Source: Candidatus Cloacimonadales bacterium (GTDB lineage: Bacteria > Cloacimonadota > Cloacimonadia > Cloacimonadales > JAFGVF01). From it: 64,000 nt of DNA. The notes below the pieces were generated by a model. The model had not been told where the DNA came from and searched no databases. It worked only from the letters and a program-made list of their open reading frames with translations. Where the stretch lies: NCBI GenBank assembly GCA_963663475.2, contig CAXXJV010000001.1, forward strand, positions 2,816,001-2,880,000. Direction: 5' to 3'. Positions 9,219 to 19,624 of this stretch are shown here, piece by piece. Position numbers and translations under genes: made by a program. Within the stretch, counting starts at the first letter, position 1; each line of letters begins with the position of its first letter.

Positions 9219-11420
9219 TTATTTCATCAAAATCATTTTTCGAGTTCGAGCTCCTGCAGAATCAACAACTCTATAAAAATAAAATCCGGAAGCTACTCTT
9301 TGATTACTATCATTTCTACCATCCCAGATAAGTTTATGAGTTCCTGAGTCTATAACACCATCTAAGAGAGTTTTAACTTTTTGACCTTTTAGGTTGTATA
9401 TTTCAAGCTTAACATTATCTCTTTTCCTGGTAACAAACTCAATTTGTGTCTCTGGATTAAAAGGATTAGGGTAATTTGTCAAAGTTAGTTCAGGTTTTAC
9501 CACTTCATGTTCATTGTTTTCTGTGGGGAGGAATGGACAAGAGTAAAGGTCAATAGTTTTACAATAGCCTCTTAAACTAGAAGAAAATAACTTGTTATCA
9601 ATTACTTTAAAACTCATTATATCTTCTTCTGCAGTAAAAGAGTAGAGGAGTTCAAGAGATAGATTATCATCATTTTCAGTTATTTGATAAACAGAGTAAT
9701 TGTTTTCATCATCTTCAATTATCAAGTTATCTTCATATATGATAAACATTTGATTATTCGTGACAAAATGCTCTACTACTTCTGGCACTAAGTTGAGAGC
9801 TAATGTAGTCGATTTCAGTACTATCCCATTTTCTGTTTCACAAGTAAATAACATGTAGTTATTCCAATTTGCCGAATGTAAGATGTTAGAATTAAAAGAA
9901 GCATAATAAGCTAACATAAAGTTATTGTCTGTATCATAGTAATTTAGTATATTCTCACCACCATCTTCAGAACTGTATAAAATAGTTACATAATAATCTG
10001 GTGTTTTCATTCTCCCACTATGATTAGCAATAGTTCTAGTCAGTATGGGATTAGTAGCATTTTGAATATTATAAACATCACAACCTTCATTGTTTAAAGT
10101 TATAATAAAGCCATCAACTGCATCACATAATAACATATCACCGGGAATTTGTGATATTGGTTCAGGGTTTGTTGGGGTGTTAGAATAAATATATACGTCA
10201 CGAAAAGTATATGAATAAACGTCATTCAAAATTAAGTTATCATCATCAAATTGTACTCTACTTACGTATGGTACATCTATGGATGACAATAAAGTCTTTT
10301 GTCCATAACTTATGTCATAAATTTCAAAATTATTATATCTTCCCAGATAAAGATAATCATCTTTAACAGTGAATGAGGTGATATAATTGCAATCACCAAC
10401 CATGATTTTTTCTCCAGTATCAATATTGATAATATAATGTTTGTACATTACTGAATTCATTTCATAATATAAGGCATTTAGCATATTACCCGAGCTGTTT
10501 ATCAAATATACAGCCTGATAATCTACTCCATAAAAGTGAGGTCCTAAATATTCCAAACTACCATCCTCATTAATGGAGAACCTTCCATAATTGCAGACAT
10601 CAAGAATACCATTATAATAATGGGATTCACTCAAAGGATGTATACCTGCCCAATATGAAGTCTCTGAAAGTAACTGCATATTCTGATTATCTAAAGAGAC
10701 TATACTTATAATCTCCATAACATGAGAAATTAGCATGTTCTTCTCTTCATCATAGTAAAGAAACCCATTTGGAGAACCATCCCAAGACTCTGCAAAATCT
10801 ATCGTTTCAAGTTCAATAAGATTATATGCTTCAGTTATCTGGTACTTTACAAGAGTATTATAATTATTATCATCACGTCTTTCTACAGTATATAAAGTAT
10901 CAGCCATTATTTTATAAGCATAAGTTTCTAATATTGAATCAAAGACTGTAAAATCATCGCTATTAGCAAAATAGAGTGTTGAAGTATAATTCACACAAGG
11001 ATAATTTGTTCTAATCAGCTCAATGTAAGTCAGATAATTATCATGGGACTGGATAGTTATCATGTTAGAGTTCAAGGGAACATTTCCTATATATTCAGGA
11101 TTAAGAGGATCTTCTAAGGAATAGGATCTATATGAAAGCTCTCCAATATGGCCAGAAGCACTATTAAAAGCCAGAATATCTCCAAAGACTCGTAAATCAT
11201 CACAATTATAGACATTAGATATTTGAGCAATCGCACCATCTGATAAATTATTAATATTATAAATATCTATGCAATCTCCTTTTCCAACATAAACATAATT
11301 GGAGTATTTAGCAACAGATGGATTTACATCAGAATAAGCAAGACGTCTTTCAAACTCTACTTGAGCCATAAGTGAAAGTGCTATAATAGCTAATAATAAT
11401 GTAATCAGAACTTTTTTCAT
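9219..11420 (-). CDS. Secreted LVIVD-like beta-propeller protein with FlgD-Ig/T9SS-like C-terminal domain
   Basis: Signal peptide, repeated Y.Y.G....IYDI..P..P motifs, C-terminal NYPNPFNPETQI...IYNLKGQKVKTL...KMILMK. Confidence 0.75.
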   Translation of the reverse strand: MKKVLITLLLAIIALSLMAQVEFERRLAYSDVNPSVAKYSNYVYVGKGDCIDIYNINNLSDGAIAQISNVYNCDDLRVFGDILAFNSASGHIGELSYRSYSLEDPLNPEYIGNVPLNSNMITIQSHDNYLTYIELIRTNYPCVNYTSTLYFANSDDFTVFDSILETYAYKIMADTLYTVERRDDNNYNTLVKYQITEAYNLIELETIDFAESWDGSPNGFLYYDEEKNMLISHVMEIISIVSLDNQNMQLLSETSYWAGIHPLSESHYYNGILDVCNYGRFSINEDGSLEYLGPHFYGVDYQAVYLINSSGNMLNALYYEMNSVMYKHYIINIDTGEKIMVGDCNYITSFTVKDDYLYLGRYNNFEIYDISYGQKTLLSSIDVPYVSRVQFDDDNLILNDVYSYTFRDVYIYSNTPTNPEPISQIPGDMLLCDAVDGFIITLNNEGCDVYNIQNATNPILTRTIANHSGRMKTPDYYVTILYSSEDGGENILNYYDTDNNFMLAYYASFNSNILHSANWNNYMLFTCETENGIVLKSTTLALNLVPEVVEHFVTNNQMFIIYEDNLIIEDDENNYSVYQITENDDNLSLELLYSFTAEEDIMSFKVIDNKLFSSSLRGYCKTIDLYSCPFLPTENNEHEVVKPELTLTNYPNPFNPETQIEFVTRKRDNVKLEIYNLKGQKVKTLLDGVIDSGTHKLIWDGRNDSNQRVASGFYFYRVVDSAGARTRKMILMK

Positions 11421-11473
11421 TAATACCTCCTTTTAGGATTTTTAATAGTTTTGAGTTTAGATATTTCCATACC

Positions 11474-11502
11474 GACAGATAGCTCAGAATGAGCTATCTG
11501 TC
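11474..11502. terminator. Intergenic hairpin or possible terminator
   Basis: GACAGATAGCTCA-GAA-TGAGCTATCTGTC, perfect 13-bp stem just downstream of the C25 gene. Confidence 0.5.
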
Positions 11503-11511
11503 TTAGACTAT

Positions 11512-14500
11512 TTATTTTATTAGTATCATCTTCTTTGTCAATGATTTGTTTGAAGTTGTCAGTTTATAGAAATAAATTCCTGATGCAACTTGCTTATCTC
11601 TATTATTAGTGCCATTCCACAAAACAGTATGTTTGCCTTGGTTTAAAGTCTCATTTAATAATGTTTTAATTTTCTGACCTTTTAGGTTGAATATTTCAAG
11701 CTTAACAATATCTTTAGCATTAATCATAAAATCTATCTGGGTTTCAGGATTGAAAGGATTCGGGTAGTTCGCAGATAACACCGTTCTTGGTGAAGACTCT
11801 ACAAAAGTGCTATAATTATCATCATAATCATATTCCTGTTTTTTTAATGCATTAATGCATTCTTTTACAACATCATTATATTTTTGATACATTTTTTTCA
11901 TTGCTAAGTTTATCTCAATATTGTTATCATTATTCTTAGGCAAATCTTTTTCTTGTAATAACTGTATATAAGCCAAATCCATAACATACATAAGAGAATC
12001 ACTTGGTAAAACATTACTATTAAGCTGATCTTGTAACCAATTAATGGCTTCATCGTAAGAACCTAATTTTATATCACAATGAGCGCTTAGATACTCAATA
12101 GTTGAAGCTATATCATTAAATTGAAGATTAGGCGTATTATTATAATAATCTTTGAGAGCCTCTTTATCTTGCTCAAGAGCATACAAATGAACAGACGCAG
12201 GCTTAAGATATGGACTGTCTGGGAATTCAGATATTAGGTACTTTAGATTCTCAATTGATTCATCGATAGCCCCTGAACTTGCTAAATCGAGAGCATTATC
12301 GTACGCTATCCTATCATCAGTACTGTACATTACAGGGGTGGTGTTTCCATCCCACACAGGGACTACATTATAACCAAGTATATTTTGGTTATCATCATAC
12401 TCTTGGTGATAGAGATGGGTATCATTAGGAGTAAGTGGTATTCCTTGTTGTGTTAAGCCCCAATAATTACCTCTTACATCTATATTTCTAAAAGTATTGT
12501 ATGTAGCAATTCTTATAGTTGATGATGTCAGAGGGAAATTTACAGAAATTATTTTATTCTTTCCTTCATACATATCAATAATATTACCCATTTGAAGAAC
12601 CTGTTCATAGCCGTTGTATTTAATCAGAGAACTTTCATCATATATATCGGGATTTGTCCCTGCTTTTATCTTTAAGAAAGACAAACCACTGGTATTAATG
12701 CCCCAAAGATCATTCTCAATTATTTTACATGCTTCTAATGTAGCATTTGAGTTTGCAACATATAATCCCCAATATGAATTATTAGAAAAACGACAGTTTT
12801 TAAATAAATTTCTATTGAAATTACAATTGCTAAAATAGGCTCCAAAACCCTGAATACTATCATTTGTTATAAAATCGGTATCTTGAATATTAAATGACCC
12901 CAGAGCTGTGAAAGAGTTGTCTCCACCAGTAAATTCAGATTGTCCAATAAATAATGAATTACATAAATTAAAGCTTGCAGATTGATTAAAGTTTGAATCT
13001 ATAATATTAACATGACCAAGGTCATTATAATTTACTGAATCGTAAAACTCAACTTCATCGATATTTACACTATTGCATAGATTAAGTGTTACTGATTGAT
13101 TAAAAGTTGTAGCAGTAATATTTAGTTCGTCAACCATATTCACAGAAACTATACCAGTACCACTGAATGTTGTATTCTCAATAGTTACTGTCTCGCAATT
13201 ATCAAATTCGACATTGACATCCTCAAACTCAAAATTTCTCATATCTATACTAGTACCTCTAAATATAACTTTTCCTAAATTATCTAAGTCTTTTGATTTA
13301 AATTTTCCATTAGACAGATGTTCAATAAATTCAATATCGCAATCAATAATAAATTCACTATTGCTATCTAATTCTAAAAAATCTTGGCTAGTACAAACAA
13401 GAAAAGCATTTTTTGCTATATGTACTTTACTATTTTTTGGGACTCTATTTATATCTCTCAATTGGTGTTGCGAATTATGGCAACAATATATATCATTAGA
13501 GACTAGGTAAAATTGAGAAAAATCATTGTTCAGCAATACACGAATAAGTCTATCATTAAATATATCACTTTTTATATAAATATATCCAATATTTAATTTA
13601 TAAAGGTCCTGATTATAAATTGGAGTAGTAAAACTATATATTCCATTATCATTCGTCCGGATTTCTTCTATTGGTTCAAATTGTGTATCAAGAAAATAAA
13701 TAACTGTGTTATCGTCATTGGATGTAGGAAATAAGGATATCGTTTTATTCATCTCATCTAAGACATAATTTAGATTAGCGTCATTAGATGGATAATCTAT
13801 AACATAACTTGGATCACTCATTATGTTATTAGAAAAATAGTTATGAACTTGAAATGCTGGGCCTAGATATTCTTCTGATGAACCTGTTACTTGGTGAGAA
13901 TATCTTTGAGCTTCATAAATTTGAAGACCTATGTGATTTAAGTAATTCTCATTTGATTGATTCCAAAGTTCATCAGTTATACCTATATAAAATCTATTGT
14001 TTATTAAAGTATAAGAAGCAATTGAGTGACCAACAAAACCCACTGTTCCTAGTTGCTTTTTAGTCCATTCCCAAGAACTACTTGTTGCCTCGAAATTACC
14101 AGTTGAACAACATATATCAAAGACAAAAGGAGAAGTATCTGTTTCTGTATTTCTCATATTTTCATAAGTGAAATAACTTATAGGAGGATCAACTAACCAT
14201 CCATTTGTAGAAGAACCATGACCTCGATAAAAGATAGTTCCGAAATCTCCTCCGGATATTGTGGATTTTAAAGCTTCAAATGAATAATCTGTGTAATTAA
14301 TTTGTTCTAAATTTTGTGGATAATCCCAGTTATTAATATTTTGCCATGCTTCGGTAGTATTTTGAATATAAACTAAAGGGTTTTCTTCTGAAAAAGGGTC
14401 AATGTTATTATAACCAGCTACAGTAAGAACGTTATTGGTTTTTGTTTGATATTGATTATGCATATAATGAGAAGCTATTTTGGTCAAATAGTTATCAAGA

Positions 14501-15615
14501 GTATATTGAGCTTCATCATCTTCGAAGGGCAATCTACCAACAATAAGATCATATCCAAACAGCAAAATATTAGTTTGTGCTAATTCATCATATGAAATTA
14601 GCTCATCAAAAGTGAAATTACCATTAGACTTTGAATAAACTCTATCTGTTCTTACATTATTATACATTGTATTAAAAGGTATCAAATCAGCATCTCCTAT
14701 GAGCAGTAAATATAGATGATTGTTAGGAACATTAACAGGATATTCATCATAAATTGCATCTCTATAGTTCTCCCAGTTATTTCCTAAATTCTCGGGTAGT
14801 ACAAAGACCTTAGACTTGGTACCGCTTAAATTTCTCATATTAGCATATTTTTCAGCAAATTCTATATGAGAATTAGTAGTAACGATTAACATATCAAATT
14901 GAGTTTCAGCTATATCTATATCAGGAATATCTAAAAAGTCATAATTGACTATGTATTTTTTATAGCTTTCTTCTAACTCAGGTCTTATATACCGAGGTGG
15001 GAAATCAATAATATTATCATTACTTAGACCTGAGAAATTGTAAGTTATAATTATTTCATTATATATTTTTACTTTTTTTTGAACTGGATTGAATTTAAAT
15101 GGCTTTATGGAAGTATTAACAACCCTTATATCTCGCATAATATAAGGGGATGAACTATGAATTGTTGACAAGGGCCAAATTTCATCAGTTGAGTAACGTT
15201 TATTATTCAAAAAGAATACTGTATCTTCAGCTGATTCAATTTTTATATCTTGAGATGGATAAATCAGCATATCTGAAAATAAAACTGAATCTACCACTGT
15301 ATAACTTACATTCACATCAGCAGTATTAGGAATTCCTATTACTGCTGATAAACCAGGCAATGAAGGAGAACCCTTGCTCGCTATGTTAGCCCAACCAGGC
15401 AATAAAAGATTATCGTATTTAATGTTATCATGTATTACTTCTTCTTTAAAGAAGCCATTCAACTTAATTTTTACAGTTGTTACCTGCTCATTTGAATCAA
15501 GAACAATAATTTCTGGTTCAGTTGACTCTGGACTACCATTAAAACTAATCCATTGTTTAGCATAAGCCAACATTACAAACATTAACATCAAAGTCATCAA
15601 CATAGTCTTTTTCAT
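11512..15615 (-). CDS. C25 (gingipain-like) cysteine peptidase with propeptide, beta-helix, TPR-like region and FlgD-Ig/T9SS-like C-terminal domain
   Basis: Propeptide G.P.LP....IGIP and MRDIRVV...PF.FNP; YLLLIGD..IP; VGRLP; catalytic region YRGHG ... ICCSTGNF; CTD NYPNPFNPET. Confidence 0.85.
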   Translation of the reverse strand: MKKTMLMTLMLMFVMLAYAKQWISFNGSPESTEPEIIVLDSNEQVTTVKIKLNGFFKEEVIHDNIKYDNLLLPGWANIASKGSPSLPGLSAVIGIPNTADVNVSYTVVDSVLFSDMLIYPSQDIKIESAEDTVFFLNNKRYSTDEIWPLSTIHSSSPYIMRDIRVVNTSIKPFKFNPVQKKVKIYNEIIITYNFSGLSNDNIIDFPPRYIRPELEESYKKYIVNYDFLDIPDIDIAETQFDMLIVTTNSHIEFAEKYANMRNLSGTKSKVFVLPENLGNNWENYRDAIYDEYPVNVPNNHLYLLLIGDADLIPFNTMYNNVRTDRVYSKSNGNFTFDELISYDELAQTNILLFGYDLIVGRLPFEDDEAQYTLDNYLTKIASHYMHNQYQTKTNNVLTVAGYNNIDPFSEENPLVYIQNTTEAWQNINNWDYPQNLEQINYTDYSFEALKSTISGGDFGTIFYRGHGSSTNGWLVDPPISYFTYENMRNTETDTSPFVFDICCSTGNFEATSSSWEWTKKQLGTVGFVGHSIASYTLINNRFYIGITDELWNQSNENYLNHIGLQIYEAQRYSHQVTGSSEEYLGPAFQVHNYFSNNIMSDPSYVIDYPSNDANLNYVLDEMNKTISLFPTSNDDNTVIYFLDTQFEPIEEIRTNDNGIYSFTTPIYNQDLYKLNIGYIYIKSDIFNDRLIRVLLNNDFSQFYLVSNDIYCCHNSQHQLRDINRVPKNSKVHIAKNAFLVCTSQDFLELDSNSEFIIDCDIEFIEHLSNGKFKSKDLDNLGKVIFRGTSIDMRNFEFEDVNVEFDNCETVTIENTTFSGTGIVSVNMVDELNITATTFNQSVTLNLCNSVNIDEVEFYDSVNYNDLGHVNIIDSNFNQSASFNLCNSLFIGQSEFTGGDNSFTALGSFNIQDTDFITNDSIQGFGAYFSNCNFNRNLFKNCRFSNNSYWGLYVANSNATLEACKIIENDLWGINTSGLSFLKIKAGTNPDIYDESSLIKYNGYEQVLQMGNIIDMYEGKNKIISVNFPLTSSTIRIATYNTFRNIDVRGNYWGLTQQGIPLTPNDTHLYHQEYDDNQNILGYNVVPVWDGNTTPVMYSTDDRIAYDNALDLASSGAIDESIENLKYLISEFPDSPYLKPASVHLYALEQDKEALKDYYNNTPNLQFNDIASTIEYLSAHCDIKLGSYDEAINWLQDQLNSNVLPSDSLMYVMDLAYIQLLQEKDLPKNNDNNIEINLAMKKMYQKYNDVVKECINALKKQEYDYDDNYSTFVESSPRTVLSANYPNPFNPETQIDFMINAKDIVKLEIFNLKGQKIKTLLNETLNQGKHTVLWNGTNNRDKQVASGIYFYKLTTSNKSLTKKMILIK

Positions 15616-15812
15616 AATTTCTCCTTTTTTTTCTAAATTCTCTTCAATTGTTTAGTTAATCTATAATACAAAAATAATATTTGCTTTTAAGTCTGTCAAT
15701 AGTAATTTACTTTTTTCTAAGTTTTCTTGTATAAAGTATCTGCAATAAAAGGTTTATTCCATTCATGATAAGTTTTTAATTCCACAAAAAGAGGCTATTG
15801 TTGCATAAACGT

Positions 15813-15839
15813 AAAAAGGGACTGATTTCTCAGTCCCTT
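15813..15839 (-). terminator. Intrinsic terminator of ppdK
   Basis: AAGGGACTGA/TCAGTCCCTT stem followed by a T-run on the minus strand. Confidence 0.8.
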
Positions 15840-15866
15840 CTATATATTATTTATTTCTTAGAATTA

Positions 15867-18596
15867 TTATCTAGGATTCTTAACAGCAGCTTGAGCAGCA
15901 GCTAATCTAGCGATAGGCACACGGAAAGGTGAACATGAAACATAGTTCATACCAACGCCGTGGCAGAATTCAACAGAAGAAGGTTCTCCACCGTGTTCGC
16001 CACAGATACCAACTTTAAGGTCAGGTCTTGAAGTTCTACCTTTTTCAGTACCCATTTGAACTAATTGACCAACACCAGTTTGATCTAATTTTTGGAATGG
16101 ATCATCTTTTAAGATACCTTTTTCAAGATAGATTGGCAAGAATTTACCAGCATCGTCACGTGAATAACCAAATGTCATTTGAGTTAAATCATTGGTACCA
16201 AATGAGAAGAACTCAGCATGTTTAGCTATAGCATCAGCAGTTAAAGCAGCTCTAGGAATTTCAATCATAGTACCTACCATGAAATCAACCTTAGCGCCTT
16301 TTTCTGCAAAAACAGTTTCAGCAGTTTCTCTGATTATAGTCTCTTGAAGTTGGAATTCTTCAACAGTACCGATAAGAGGAACCATGATTTCAGGATGTAC
16401 ATCAACCCCTTCTTTCTTAACATTAACAGCAGCTTCGATAATAGCTCTAGCTTGCATAGCAGTGATTTCAGGATATGTGTTACCTAAACGACAACCTCTA
16501 TGACCAAGCATTGGGTTAAATTCAGCTAATTCTTCAACTTTAGCTTTAACTTCTTCTACAGAAATGCCCATTTCATCAGCCATAATCTTCTGGTTTTCAT
16601 CCTCATGAGGAACGAACTCATGGAGAGGTGGATCTAACAATCTGATAGTTACACCAAAGCCATCCATAGCTCTGAAAATGCCTTCAAAGTCTTCTCTTTG
16701 ATAAGGAAGAATCTTAGCAAGAGCAACTTCTCTACCAGCTGTATCTTCAGCAAGAATCATTTCACGAACCGCTTTAATTCTTTCGCCTTCGAAGAACATA
16801 TGTTCTGTACGGCAAAGACCAATACCTTGTGCACCAAAGTTACGAGCAACTAGAGCATCATTAGGAGTATCGGCATTAGTTCTCACATACATATTTGAAT
16901 ATTTGTCTGCAATTGTCATTAATTTACCGAATGTACCTGATAATTCAGGATCGATAGTTTTGATTTTGCCACTATAAACTTCACCAGTAGAGCCATTAAG
17001 AGAGATGTAATCATCTTCTTTATATACTTTACCATCAATAGTTAAAGTTCTTTCACGATAGTTGATTTTTAAAGCACCAACACCAGATACACAGCATTTA
17101 CCCATTCCACGAGCCACAACAGCTGCGTGAGATGTCATACCACCGCGAGCAGTTAAGATACCTTCAGCTGAATCCATACCTGATAAATCTTCAGGAGATG
17201 TTTCGATTCTAACTAAGATAATCTTTTCACCAGCAGCATATCTTTTTACAGCTTCGTCTGAGAAGAAACAGATTTTTCCTGTAGCAGCACCAGGAGATGC
17301 AGGTAAACCTTTAGCTAAAGTTTTAGCACTTGCAAGGGCTTCTTTATCAAATACTGGGTGGAGAAGTTCATCTAACTTGTTAGGTTCAACTCTTAATAAA
17401 GCTGTTTTTTCATCAATGAAACCTTCTTCAACCATTTCAACAGCCATTCTTACCATAGCTGCACCAGTTCTTTTACCATTTCTTGTCTGAAGTAACCATA
17501 ATTTACCATCTTGAATGGTAAATTCAAGGTCTTGCATATCTTTATAATGGTTTTCGAGTTTTACTTGAATATCATTTAATTCTTTATAAACGGTAGGCAT
17601 AGTTTCTTCTAAAGAAGGGAATTTAGCTTTTCTATCTTCTTCAGAAACACCAGCTAATTTAGCCCATCTACGTGAACCTTCAAGAGTAATTTCTTGAGGG
17701 GTTCTAACACCAGCAACAACGTCTTCACCTTGAGCATTGATTAAATACTCACCATTGAAGATGTTTTCACCAGTAGCTGCATCACGGGTAAATGCAACAC
17801 CAGTAGCTGAATTTTCACCCATGTTACCATAAACCATAGCCTGTACATTAACAGCTGTTCCCCATTCTCCAGGGATAGAGTTCATTTTTCTATAATAGAT
17901 AGCTCTATCATTATTCCAGCTACCAAAAACAGCAAAAATTGCACCCCATAATTGATCCCAAGGATCGTTAGGGAAGTCTTTACCTGTATTTTCTTTAACA
18001 GCTACTTTGAATTTTGCAACTAGTTCTTTTAAGTCTTCAACTGTTAAATCTAAATCATTATCAATATTTTTTGCTTCTTTAACAGATTCAATGATTTCTT
18101 CAAAAGGATCAATATCTTCTTTTGATTTTGGTTTCATATCCATAACAACGTCGCCATACATTTGGACAAAACGGCGGTAGGAATCCCATGCAAATCTATC
18201 ATTACCTGTTCTTTTAGCAATGCCTTCAACAGCATCATCATTTAATCCTAAGTTTAAAACAGTGTCCATCATACCTGGCATAGAAATTCTTGCACCAGAG
18301 CGAACTGAAAGTAAAAGTGGATTTTCACTTGAGCCAAATTCTGTTCCAAGAATCTTTTCTAAGTTAGCAATAGCTTTTTCAACTTCTGCTTTTAATAACT
18401 CTTTTGATTTTTCTTGGCCAACTTGGTTGTATTCTGTACATACATCAGTTGTGATAGTGAATCCTGGAGGTACTGGAACACCTATCAAGTTCATCTCTGC
18501 TAAGTTAGCACCTTTTCCACCCAATAGGTTTTTCATTGTGCTATTACCTTCTGCTTTTCCATCGCCAAATAAATAAACGCGCTTCATGTCGGACAT
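15867..18596 (-). CDS. ppdK: Pyruvate, phosphate dikinase
   Basis: LLGGKGANLAEM, SVRSGA..SMPGMMDT, GGMTSHAAVVARG phospho-His motif, GICGEHGG; start placed at the ATG after GGAGG. Confidence 0.97.
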   Translation of the reverse strand: MSDMKRVYLFGDGKAEGNSTMKNLLGGKGANLAEMNLIGVPVPPGFTITTDVCTEYNQVGQEKSKELLKAEVEKAIANLEKILGTEFGSSENPLLLSVRSGARISMPGMMDTVLNLGLNDDAVEGIAKRTGNDRFAWDSYRRFVQMYGDVVMDMKPKSKEDIDPFEEIIESVKEAKNIDNDLDLTVEDLKELVAKFKVAVKENTGKDFPNDPWDQLWGAIFAVFGSWNNDRAIYYRKMNSIPGEWGTAVNVQAMVYGNMGENSATGVAFTRDAATGENIFNGEYLINAQGEDVVAGVRTPQEITLEGSRRWAKLAGVSEEDRKAKFPSLEETMPTVYKELNDIQVKLENHYKDMQDLEFTIQDGKLWLLQTRNGKRTGAAMVRMAVEMVEEGFIDEKTALLRVEPNKLDELLHPVFDKEALASAKTLAKGLPASPGAATGKICFFSDEAVKRYAAGEKIILVRIETSPEDLSGMDSAEGILTARGGMTSHAAVVARGMGKCCVSGVGALKINYRERTLTIDGKVYKEDDYISLNGSTGEVYSGKIKTIDPELSGTFGKLMTIADKYSNMYVRTNADTPNDALVARNFGAQGIGLCRTEHMFFEGERIKAVREMILAEDTAGREVALAKILPYQREDFEGIFRAMDGFGVTIRLLDPPLHEFVPHEDENQKIMADEMGISVEEVKAKVEELAEFNPMLGHRGCRLGNTYPEITAMQARAIIEAAVNVKKEGVDVHPEIMVPLIGTVEEFQLQETIIRETAETVFAEKGAKVDFMVGTMIEIPRAALTADAIAKHAEFFSFGTNDLTQMTFGYSRDDAGKFLPIYLEKGILKDDPFQKLDQTGVGQLVQMGTEKGRTSRPDLKVGICGEHGGEPSSVEFCHGVGMNYVSCSPFRVPIARLAAAQAAVKNPR

Positions 18597-18701
18597 TATT
18601 CCTCCCAATTATTTTAGGTTTATTTTCTTATCTATTAATACTTTATATTCGTATTTTTTCATCTAAACATATCTATTAAAACATGCAAATCTGTCAATAA
18701 T

Positions 18702-19130
18702 TTATTTTATGCCCTTACCCAAATTAAACTTGGCTTTAAAATAGTTTTCCTTAATTTTTTGAGACTGATCTAAGAAATAATCAATACCCTGACTCTTTAT
18801 CAGGCTTAAGTTATATACTTTTAAGTTGTGAGGGTACTTGTCTGCTCCATCTACCAAAGGATGTAGTTTTAAACAAGGGAAATCATTACATTCAAAACAG
18901 TAACGAATATCCTTATCTAAAGCACATTTATAAGTTTCACATTGGCCCTGCATTACTGGACATTTACCCAGATTTGCATTGCATCCGGAGCAAGGTAACT
19001 TATCTTTAGGAATCCCTTGAGCAAGTAAATAATCAAATAGTTGAGGGTTATCTTTACATAGATATAATTCACATACAGAACAGTCTAATCCGCATTTAGC
19101 AACCATTCCTTCTCTTTTGTTCGAATACAT
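18702..19130 (-). CDS. DUF3795-family Cys-rich protein
   Basis: CGLDCSVC...CSGC...C...C....C......CFEC.DFPC pattern; start placed after the AAGGGAG SD. Confidence 0.8.
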   Translation of the reverse strand: MYSNKREGMVAKCGLDCSVCELYLCKDNPQLFDYLLAQGIPKDKLPCSGCNANLGKCPVMQGQCETYKCALDKDIRYCFECNDFPCLKLHPLVDGADKYPHNLKVYNLSLIKSQGIDYFLDQSQKIKENYFKAKFNLGKGIK

Positions 19131-19183
19131 TTTTCTCTCCCTTAATAACAAAATGATTCACTTGTTTTCTTTTAAATTTTTAA

Positions 19184-19257
19184 CTCGAATGGTGCAGTAG
19201 AGTTTTAGAGAAGAGTGCATCTTCTGCTATTCTCAAAGATCTACAGCATTATTTGAG
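19184..19257 (+). mobile_element. Family A element, internally deleted 74-bp class
   Basis: CTCGAATGGTGC...GCATTATTTGAG with a perfect TTTAA duplication (19179-83, 19258-62). Confidence 0.85.
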
Positions 19258-19414
19258 TTTAACAGTATAGTCTTTTGTAATTGAGTATATTATAGGAAGT
19301 TATTTAATCGAAACAGATATTTGTGTCAAGTTAAATATCTGTTAATATTTTTTTTTCATGCTAAGCTACTTGTAGGATATTCATCCATGAATTAGAGCAG
19401 TTAGGGCAATTTAA

Positions 19415-19456
19415 CCTCAATAGTGCAATTCGCTAAAGCCTACTGCATTACTAGGG
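19415..19456 (+). mobile_element. Family A 42-bp mini element
   Basis: CCTCAATAGTGC...GCATTACTAGGG flanked by TTTAA/TTTAA; same length and layout as 56275-56316. Confidence 0.75.
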
Positions 19457-19551
19457 TTTAATCATCTTACTACTTAGTGTTTTTAAAAGCAACTCATCTA
19501 GAGATTTCGTGCTTAAAATACACTAATAATTTAAAGAGATTATTTTTTTCC

Positions 19552-19579
19552 TTGACATATAACTCTTCATTACTATTAT
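19552..19579 (+). promoter_or_regulatory. Sigma70-type promoter for the small ORF
   Basis: TTGACA-N16-TATTAT. Confidence 0.55.
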
Positions 19580-19624
19580 TATACCATAAGTATAGTTGAT
19601 GATATTTAAAGTAAAGGAGATAGT

